IMG/VR virus record: IMGVR_UViG_3300032001_000028
Span: 1 to 33,203 of that record
DNA length: 33,203 bases
DNA from: a virus
Taxonomy: Duplodnaviria; Caudoviricetes
Reading direction: 5' to 3' (one strand)
Shown here piece after piece: positions 26,011-33,203 of this stretch (position 1 is its first letter; each line of letters begins with the position of its first letter). The notes beneath the pieces were generated by a model. It saw only the letters and a list, made by a program, of their open reading frames with translations, was not told where the DNA came from and ran no database searches. The position numbers and the translations under genes are program-made.

Positions 26011-26514
26011 TCAGTACTGATCAGCGCATGCTGCGAGCTTGAGGAACGGCGCCGTTACGGAGCCGGTCGAAAGGGTCAGGCCCGCGTTGTTCTGGATCAA
26101 GACCTTGAACTGAAGCGCCGGCACCAAAATTCTGCTCGACTTGCCGCTGACAACTGTGCTCGTCGTCGAGGTGGTAGAAGCGGGCAAGGGGATGATGAAA
26201 TCCGGTGCGCGCGCGGGGGCGGCCGTGGTCGGTTCTAGCGTGGTCCCGCTGTCAGGCGAGGTCAGCCACCAGCCAGCGAGGTTGGCGCCAGCAACCGGCA
26301 AAATGGCGGGATTGCCAGCAAAAAAGAACACCTCGCCCCAGATCGCTTGTCCGGTGTTGGCATTAGTGAAAAGACCGCTCGATCCGCCGACCGATGAAAC
26401 GATCACCGACCCGTTGGGGAGCGAATTAAGCTCTGTCGTCATCAGCGTCAGCAGCGACGTGAGCAGGCCGCTGTTGCCCGATGTTCCTGCATAGCGGAGA
26501 AAATTCGTAGGCAT
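26011..26514 (-). CDS. Putative virion structural protein, 167 aa
   Basis: Ser/Thr/Gly-rich beta protein (TELNSLPNG, FKVLIQNNAG); 2-3 nt gaps to both neighbours. Confidence 0.7.
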   Translation of the reverse strand: MPTNFLRYAGTSGNSGLLTSLLTLMTTELNSLPNGSVIVSSVGGSSGLFTNANTGQAIWGEVFFFAGNPAILPVAGANLAGWWLTSPDSGTTLEPTTAAPARAPDFIIPLPASTTSTTSTVVSGKSSRILVPALQFKVLIQNNAGLTLSTGSVTAPFLKLAACADQY

Positions 26515-27205
26515 GCGTCACCACTCGCTTTCAGCGTATCCTAGCGCAGCTGCTGCAACAACGGGCTGCAATGCTATGGCAGCGGCGGGGCAGTCAGCTG
26601 TCGAAGCGCCATTATTGGTGAAAGCAGCATTTGTTGTTCCAGGAGTCGCAAACGACTTGTCTTCAGTCAACGCACCAAAAAATGCATTTTCTGAGACTCT
26701 TGAGGTGAACCCAGCTCCGACGCCAGGAATAGTACCAATGTTGCAATATCCGACGCCCCAAATCCAGTCGTTGGCAATGGTTGTCGTCAAATTACCAGAG
26801 TTAAATCCTGCTCCTGTCCCAACCGTCGCATTGTCTGTTGCAGAATGACCATCGCTTGGATTGGTGATCTGCTTGACGCCGGAATATTCGTCAATCAAAA
26901 GATCAAAATTTCCTGTTGTGCCTCCCGAACCGGACACTGTGATCGTAATTGGCCCATTGGTAATGTTTCCGAGAATAAAGGTAATAAAATTATCAAATGC
27001 CGCCGTGATATGATCTACGACGATATATGTGTTACTTTTGTCATCAGATATGGTGTAGGGTCCTGACGTGCTGGTAATAACGCCGCCGACAACGCAATTA
27101 CCGCTTTGAACCGCAGCGCCGAATGTTTGGCTGAATGATGTAACCGGCGTTGCAGCCCCGGCCTTTCCCTGCACATGAGCGATCGGCATGCGTCACCATT
27201 CGCTT
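26510..27205. repeat. 21-nt direct repeat at gene junctions (26510-26530 and 27185-27205)
   Basis: GGCATGCGTCACCA[C/T]TCGCTT, 20 of 21 identical; on the - strand it encodes S-E-W-stop-CGC-M-P. Confidence 0.9.
26518..27189 (-). CDS. Beta-rich putative virion protein ending SEW, 223 aa
   Basis: GNCVVGGV, ISDDKSNTY, IDEYSGV; visibly more AT-rich than its flanks. Confidence 0.75.
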   Translation of the reverse strand: MPIAHVQGKAGAATPVTSFSQTFGAAVQSGNCVVGGVITSTSGPYTISDDKSNTYIVVDHITAAFDNFITFILGNITNGPITITVSGSGGTTGNFDLLIDEYSGVKQITNPSDGHSATDNATVGTGAGFNSGNLTTTIANDWIWGVGYCNIGTIPGVGAGFTSRVSENAFFGALTEDKSFATPGTTNAAFTNNGASTADCPAAAIALQPVVAAAALGYAESEW

Positions 27206-27906
27206 GCGGCGAGGCCGATAAGACCGACCGGCAATGATGGTGGAGGACCAACCGCAAATTGAACAACATCAACTCCGATGGACGACCAGTTGCTGCCGGC
27301 AGTAAATGCATAAGTCAAAGTCGGACTGGTTGCCGTGTCGTAGTTCTCGGCACCGGAGTTGAGCGCACCTGAGTTGTTGTGCCCGATGTCTATGTTGCCG
27401 GGTGTCGAATAATTGCCGCCAGTCACATGAGCTGCCATCGCGACATCGCCCGCCGATGTCGTGACCGTCACGGAGTTAGGAGAGAGACTGCTGTGATTGG
27501 CGGTAAAATGCGTAAAAGCGCTTGCGAACGACGAATCATTCACACCGACAAATGACGCGCATCCAACTTGCATCTGGTTGGTGCCGCTCCAGGTCAACGC
27601 CAAGGTTTGCGTTCCCGTAGCCGGGGCCAACAATCCGAATAGCCACAAATCGCCATTGCTCGCTGAAGATGTCCCGATTTGCGTCATAGTCTGGCTGCCC
27701 CACACGACCGAAGTCATGGTGCTGGCGCCTGCCGGTGCACCTACGCCTACAATTCCGACCACCAGAACGAGATGTGCCGTGCCGTTGGGACCGCTGCCGA
27801 CATTGAGCGCGAGGCTGTGGATATCGCTTACGCCTCCAAAGGTGTCGGTTGTTGCGCTGCCGGCGCCTGCCGTGCTAAATCCTGTTACGTCAACCTGAAC
27901 GGTCAT
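27193..27906 (-). CDS. Beta-rich putative virion protein ending SEW, 237 aa
   Basis: HLVLVVGIV, VVWGSQTMTQI, APATGTQT, ASFVGVN; similar size, composition and C-terminus to the 223-aa gene. Confidence 0.75.
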   Translation of the reverse strand: MTVQVDVTGFSTAGAGSATTDTFGGVSDIHSLALNVGSGPNGTAHLVLVVGIVGVGAPAGASTMTSVVWGSQTMTQIGTSSASNGDLWLFGLLAPATGTQTLALTWSGTNQMQVGCASFVGVNDSSFASAFTHFTANHSSLSPNSVTVTTSAGDVAMAAHVTGGNYSTPGNIDIGHNNSGALNSGAENYDTATSPTLTYAFTAGSNWSSIGVDVVQFAVGPPPSLPVGLIGLAASEW

Positions 27907-27910
27907 CTAT

Positions 27911-30900
27911 CTATTCCTGTGCCGGATTAACTAATCCAGTCATCGTCGTCTGGAACGTCTGCGTCACCTTCGTAGTCCCCCAATCACTGGGAACCGACGA
28001 GAAGGCAATGCCCATCTGACTGTTCTGAAGCCACGCGCCCGCGCCGGACGGGTTCAACGCATCGGCGCCCACCGCCCCCGATGTCGTCGTCTGGGTCATG
28101 ACGCGCGGTCCCGAGGCTCCATTGGCCGTTTTCGCATCGACCGCAGTGGTCCAGGTGGTGGTCGTGGAATTGTTCCCGAGTATCTGAACAGGAGGAGGCG
28201 GAGTCCCATGCGAGGCCGTGAGCGTCGTCGTCGTCCCCGAATATGGGATGTCCACAGAAATGATCTCGTCCACGACCTGACCGAAGACAGGCACGACCGG
28301 CGTGCCTGACGGACTATGACACGCCGGCAGACCGGACGACGTGCAGTACGGCCTCTGGCTAAACGACCAGATCGGGGCTCCAGGCGTTTGGTTGGGCCCA
28401 GACAAATCCACAACGTCATCGTTGCCAGTCAAATTGCTCGCCGTCCACTGCGGCGCCGAAAAGGTTTTCATCGTGACGCCGGTCCCAGGAAAGACAGGCA
28501 GGCTCCCTGTCTGGTTCGTGGACAGCAAGATGCTGCCGTTGGCGTTGACCGAGACATCGTTGACATGAATGATCGGGCCAACCGTCGTGAACTGAGATGA
28601 ACTGGCACTGATGAAAAAATAATTGGCACCAGGGATCACCCACGGCGGCGGCCAGAAAGTCTTGCTGTACGGCGTCCCCTGCCCCTCGCATTGGATGTAC
28701 GCCTGACTCGTCTGAGTGCCGCCTATATTGATCGGAGTGCCATTCCTTGTCAGCGACACCTCGAACGTGTTCAAGGTGGGCGCGACGACCCAATAAGCTG
28801 TACCGCTCGTAATGCCGGTGACGCCAGCGTCGATGTTGCCAAACGTGACCTGATTGTTCGTCGTCAGGCCGTGGCTGGTGAACGTGAACACCCCCGGCGA
28901 AGACCCTGGCGTGGTGAAGCTAACGTAGGTCGTGGACATCGCATAGGGGAGATCGAAATGCGTCGCATCGATGATGGTGAAGGCCGAAATTGACGGATTT
29001 GCGCCATTGCCGTTGCACCCCCCAACCGGCCCCGGAGGCGTCATAATCGAGGCGTTGTTCCAGTCAGCCGTCGAGTCCACAGTGATCCGGATGTTGCCTG
29101 TCAACAGCCCGGTGCTCCCCATGCTCCCCGAAGTCTGGAATACGCGCGGCAGAAGGAACACCCCGTTCGTCATGGTGCCGATCTTGTCGAACTGATCCTG
29201 CGTCTGCCCACCTATCTGAAACGTCGTGATAGCCGAATTCCGTACTATCGTCTGGCCATAAGTTATCCCCAAGCCAGCGCCGCCGTTCAACGCACTGATG
29301 GTGGAACCATATATTCCGGTGTTTTGCGTCCAATTCATCGACCCATTGACAGTCGAATGAGACAGATAAAATTGATTGACGGAATTGCTCTGAACGTTGA
29401 AGTTCTGAACAGTCGTGCCCTGCACAATGAATGTCTCTATAATTTTGTCCACCTCAAGTTTGCAATCGCTAGCGATGCCAGTCGCCATCGTCGCATTGAT
29501 TAATTTGAACACCAGATTTTGCGACGGAGCCGCCTGACACGACGCGCCAGTGAAGCCACCGCACGCAACATTGTTGCCAATGATGGCCACATTCTTGAAT
29601 TGGATGCTCTTCCCTACGGTCGTGCTCCCGCACGCCCCAGGATTGGCGGTCGTCATCGTCATGTTCTGATAAATGACATCCACGCCCCATTCGTGAGGCA
29701 ACTGGTAAATGGTCGCCGGTCCACCTCCGTAAGGCTGAAATGCAGTTCCTGGACAATAATTTGGCCACCCCTGCTCGTAGTCGTGACGGATCACGTCGCC
29801 GAAGCTGATCTGGCCGCCAGGAGTTTTGGCTGTGATCTTGAGGTGCTGAAAGAACTGCGGGTTGGGCGGATAGCCACCGCAACCTGAGCCGGTGCCCATA
29901 TCAGTACCCGTCAGCACAAGCCAATCACCAACCGTGAACAGCGCCAATTCCGTCGCGCAACTCGGGCCAGGACAATCCTTCAATTGCACCGACGTGGCGC
30001 CGGCGCGCACGGTGTTGACCAGGGCTTGGCTCGTGTTGTTGCCCGCCATACCGGCAACGCCGAACCCAAAGCCGTTTCCGGTCCCGAGGTCGGTGACGCC
30101 GGAGACCGCCGTTCCCTGGCCGTTGTAGATGACCTGATGGTTGATGCCGGTTCCCTTGACGAGGTTGGCGCCTGCCGTGCCCACGCATAAACCCGTATTC
30201 GGCATATCGACTTGGATGACCCCAGCCACACTGATATTGGCCGGATTGCTGTCCCACGACACCATCGCTGCAAGCATGTTGGTAAACGCAGTGCTGTCGT
30301 CCGTCGAGCCGTTGCACACCGCACCATAGGTGGTCGGCGAGAAGTGCACCGCAACAGGCGGCGAAACGGTGTTCTGAAAAAATGTCGTGAACGCCGATAC
30401 CTGAGCCGCGGTCATTTCCTGCGTGAAAAATCCGACGGCCCCCATCGTGAAATTCGATTGATTGTTCTCCATCGTATAGGTCGAAGTCGAAGCGCCGTAG
30501 GCAAATTTTGAATTGAGCGTGCCTATGACCCACGGAAATTGCAGGCCTGAAGAAAATGTGCCCTTCAACGTTGTGAAGAGAGACACGCCGTAATTGGAAT
30601 GCAGAGCCGGTGTCGGCACAGTTCCAAGCGTGTTGTCCGCATAAATCTTCAGATTTCCAGGACTCGTATCGTTGGCAAGGCACGTCGGCGAGATGACTCC
30701 GGCCGCGTTGCGACAGCCAAACGTCCCAAACACAACGTGCGGCGTGTTGATCGTTGTCGCCAGCGACGCGGTCGCGAACTGCGACGGGCCCACGTCATCA
30801 TACAACCCAAATGACGCATTGCCGGTGCCGAGATGCTGAAGCGAAACACCGCCGAACTCGCCGGTTGCCAGCATGGTCACGTCACCAGTCGCGCTGGCGC

Positions 30901-33202
30901 GCTGGTAAGACGCAAAAACTGTCAATTCCGATGCCTGCCGAACCGGATTGAGTCGTCCATTATGATTGTTCGCATCGAGCAATCCGCCATAGATGCCGAA
31001 TGAATTGATATTGGCATGGACAAGCCCCGGCGTTGTGTTCCCGAGGCCGGTCGGATTGTAAGACGTTGTCGAAGCACCTGTGCATAGAGTGGCTACGCCA
31101 GTGCAAAACCAAAGATCATTCAGCCTTTGTTTATGGGTTCCACACAAATCTTCGACTTTAGTAACGATGCCGCTGATGTTTTGCACGACCCCGAAATGCG
31201 GGTCCGACCACGAGATGCAAGCATTGTGCATCCCTTGCGCGGTCAGCAATGAATCGGCCCCATCGAGATAGGTGCGATCGATCGTCACCGGATCGGCGCC
31301 GTCCAAAAGCGCGCGTGTGATATGCTGGTTTACGAAGGCCGTTGACGAGCTGACGTAGGTTGACACCACGGTCGAGCCCTGCTCGGCGCCATTGTTGAGG
31401 TACACCAGTTTGAAGTACATCACTTGTGGCGTCTGCAAATTGGGCCTGTAGGTCGTTGACAGCCCGATTACATCGCCGACCAGGAACGGCTGCGATGCGG
31501 CGCTGAAGCCGTAATACAGCCGATAATTCTGGGTTGGCAACGAACCGTTCCACGATAGGGAAACGAGATCGTTCGCCGCACTGACACGCACCCCCATAGG
31601 CGCGCATGTCGTTGCCGCAACCGGATCGACGATTTCGCTATAGATATCGACCAGCTGTTCTTGTAGCGCTCCAACGCCGCTGTTGTAGGTCGCCCCCGTG
31701 TTGAAGCCGAAATTGTTAGCCGACATAAAATATCCGCGCACCGCGTAGTAGGTCATGACCCCACAGTTGAGCGAGGCGTTTACATCCTGCAAGAATGTCG
31801 GCCCCGGAAAGACGCCAGCATAAGCATTGGAAATTCTCACTGGGGCCGGCGTCCCCAATATGTTCATCGTGGTGATGCCATCGACCGCCACCCGATCGAC
31901 GTACATCCCGCCGTTTGGGATATAGATGCACAAAGCGTCCGTTGCCGGATTGTAGCAGTTGATCGATCCTGCCGTGCTGATCGCGGCACCGCCGCAAGTG
32001 TTTCCGATCTCAAACGTGTCCGTCGTCAGACCAGCTGCCAAGACGCAGTATTGGACGCCCGGCAAGATCGGTATCGGCAACGTCTGGAATGAAATCAGGG
32101 TGTCGTTGTGAGTTGCCGCGATGCTCGTATGAATTTGCGTCATGCTGTCAACGGACAGCACCGTAGTTCCCTGCGGAAAAGACGTGAGCGGTAAGTGAGT
32201 TGGGGAATTGGCAATGAACCCAGGATAATTGACAACCATGCCGGGTTGAAGCCCTGATGTATCCATAATTCCCGTAACAATGTTCGATCCGGCGGTTATA
32301 GTCGCGACGAACGTGTTGCCGCTGTTGACGACCGAACCTATTGCAATTGAGGTTACAAACGAGACAAGCTGTCCGGCTTTGTATCCGTGCGCGGTCTTAG
32401 TGACTACCGCCGGGTTGGCATTAGAAATTTTTACGTCTCTCGCATCTTCAAGAGCTGGCACCCACACTTGGCTGCCGATCGTTATAGGGTCCCAAGCGTG
32501 AAGATTGATGACTCTGGTCCCGATCCTGTAGGTGGTCGGTATGCCTGGCGCCGGAGGATCGGCTCTCGTAAAATCAAGACCATTGGTGCCGGTAATCATT
32601 CCAGCCAGAGAGCGATTGCCGTTGCTGTCAATCCCTGAGTCACCAGGAGGCCCCGTAAGACGGTTGCCAGATCGATAGACCGTGGACGAATACGACACCC
32701 AATTCCCAGCCGAAATTCTTGTAGGGCGCTGGAAGCTTTGAAAATCATTAGGGAAATATTGGGCGAGGACCGGTCCATACATGAACCATAACGCACCAGG
32801 ACTGAGGTCATTAGTACGCATGGCTCCAGGATAATGACCAATCAAGGCGTTAACCTTGAATGTTAGCATTGAAGAACCGGTGATCGTGGCCGCACTCGTA
32901 ATGGTTACCGAGCTTGTGTTATCCACACTCAAAACGAAAGTGCCCGCAGGTATTCCCGTTCCCGTAACGGTGGAACCGACATTGACGCCGCCGCCTATTA
33001 AGTTCGCCGTACTTGAAAGGCCGTCAACGGTCGTATTGCTATGCAGATTGCCAGTGAGCGCAAAGCCAGGGCCAGTAATGCTAAGGTCAGTGTATTCATT
33101 GTATACGTGAAACTGGTTTCCGGTATCTTCCGGCGCATAAACCAGAAAACCAATGTGGTACGCACAAGCTGGATTGGTAGTATACGTATTGGTAACACTG
33201 CT
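27911..33202 (-). CDS. Very large multidomain tailspike/tail fibre, 5'-truncated by the window edge, at least 1763 aa
   Basis: The frame stays open from 32932 to the window end (checked codon by codon); FN3-like VSLSWNG...YRLYYG, LamG-like segment, pectate-lyase-3-type start YGAVCNGSTDDSTAF (~30285-30347) followed by beta-helix-like sequence. Confidence 0.8.
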   Translation of the reverse strand, partial: SSVTNTYTTNPACAYHIGFLVYAPEDTGNQFHVYNEYTDLSITGPGFALTGNLHSNTTVDGLSSTANLIGGGVNVGSTVTGTGIPAGTFVLSVDNTSSVTITSAATITGSSMLTFKVNALIGHYPGAMRTNDLSPGALWFMYGPVLAQYFPNDFQSFQRPTRISAGNWVSYSSTVYRSGNRLTGPPGDSGIDSNGNRSLAGMITGTNGLDFTRADPPAPGIPTTYRIGTRVINLHAWDPITIGSQVWVPALEDARDVKISNANPAVVTKTAHGYKAGQLVSFVTSIAIGSVVNSGNTFVATITAGSNIVTGIMDTSGLQPGMVVNYPGFIANSPTHLPLTSFPQGTTVLSVDSMTQIHTSIAATHNDTLISFQTLPIPILPGVQYCVLAAGLTTDTFEIGNTCGGAAISTAGSINCYNPATDALCIYIPNGGMYVDRVAVDGITTMNILGTPAPVRISNAYAGVFPGPTFLQDVNASLNCGVMTYYAVRGYFMSANNFGFNTGATYNSGVGALQEQLVDIYSEIVDPVAATTCAPMGVRVSAANDLVSLSWNGSLPTQNYRLYYGFSAASQPFLVGDVIGLSTTYRPNLQTPQVMYFKLVYLNNGAEQGSTVVSTYVSSSTAFVNQHITRALLDGADPVTIDRTYLDGADSLLTAQGMHNACISWSDPHFGVVQNISGIVTKVEDLCGTHKQRLNDLWFCTGVATLCTGASTTSYNPTGLGNTTPGLVHANINSFGIYGGLLDANNHNGRLNPVRQASELTVFASYQRASATGDVTMLATGEFGGVSLQHLGTGNASFGLYDDVGPSQFATASLATTINTPHVVFGTFGCRNAAGVISPTCLANDTSPGNLKIYADNTLGTVPTPALHSNYGVSLFTTLKGTFSSGLQFPWVIGTLNSKFAYGASTSTYTMENNQSNFTMGAVGFFTQEMTAAQVSAFTTFFQNTVSPPVAVHFSPTTYGAVCNGSTDDSTAFTNMLAAMVSWDSNPANISVAGVIQVDMPNTGLCVGTAGANLVKGTGINHQVIYNGQGTAVSGVTDLGTGNGFGFGVAGMAGNNTSQALVNTVRAGATSVQLKDCPGPSCATELALFTVGDWLVLTGTDMGTGSGCGGYPPNPQFFQHLKITAKTPGGQISFGDVIRHDYEQGWPNYCPGTAFQPYGGGPATIYQLPHEWGVDVIYQNMTMTTANPGACGSTTVGKSIQFKNVAIIGNNVACGGFTGASCQAAPSQNLVFKLINATMATGIASDCKLEVDKIIETFIVQGTTVQNFNVQSNSVNQFYLSHSTVNGSMNWTQNTGIYGSTISALNGGAGLGITYGQTIVRNSAITTFQIGGQTQDQFDKIGTMTNGVFLLPRVFQTSGSMGSTGLLTGNIRITVDSTADWNNASIMTPPGPVGGCNGNGANPSISAFTIIDATHFDLPYAMSTTYVSFTTPGSSPGVFTFTSHGLTTNNQVTFGNIDAGVTGITSGTAYWVVAPTLNTFEVSLTRNGTPINIGGTQTSQAYIQCEGQGTPYSKTFWPPPWVIPGANYFFISASSSQFTTVGPIIHVNDVSVNANGSILLSTNQTGSLPVFPGTGVTMKTFSAPQWTASNLTGNDDVVDLSGPNQTPGAPIWSFSQRPYCTSSGLPACHSPSGTPVVPVFGQVVDEIISVDIPYSGTTTTLTASHGTPPPPVQILGNNSTTTTWTTAVDAKTANGASGPRVMTQTTTSGAVGADALNPSGAGAWLQNSQMGIAFSSVPSDWGTTKVTQTFQTTMTGLVNPAQE

Positions 33203-33203
33203 C

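Noticed and set aside
32930-32932. TTG start of the 1673-aa track ORF
   Set aside because: The frame is open to the window end with continuing tail-like sequence, so the true start lies outside the window.

Overview
About 33 kb of a GC-rich tailed phage or prophage with a podovirus-like layout, probably infecting an alphaproteobacterium (inferred from an Alpha-type LexA box and the gene families present). The left arm (322-7007, + strand) holds early genes: a Ycf46-like AAA+ ATPase with a small His/Cys partner, an SMC/SbcC-like ATPase, a RecE/DUF3799-like PD-(D/E)XK exonuclease, a candidate single-strand annealing protein and several small Cys-rich proteins. The right arm (6990 to the window end, - strand) is one tightly coupled virion/lysis cluster: a tailspike/fibre of at least 1763 aa truncated by the edge, two paralogous beta-rich cassette genes, a LamG plus Pro/Trp-repeat protein, two head-tail adaptor-like proteins, a nozzle/stabilisation-like protein, a holin-like gene plus GH25 lysozyme, a GNAT, two large ejection-type proteins and a tail-collar protein. 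No integrase, capsid, terminase, RNA gene or CRISPR array was seen. Best leads: a HiPIP-like 4-Cys domain at the end of an ejection-type protein; recurring [FYM]xxGG motifs that punctuate the internal virion proteins, possibly a processing or cargo-loading signal; a twin-arginine-motif gene that duplicates the C-terminus of the gene before it; a 21-nt junction repeat bracketing a tail cassette; and two small ORFs missed by the track. All family calls come from motif recognition by eye; no searches were run.
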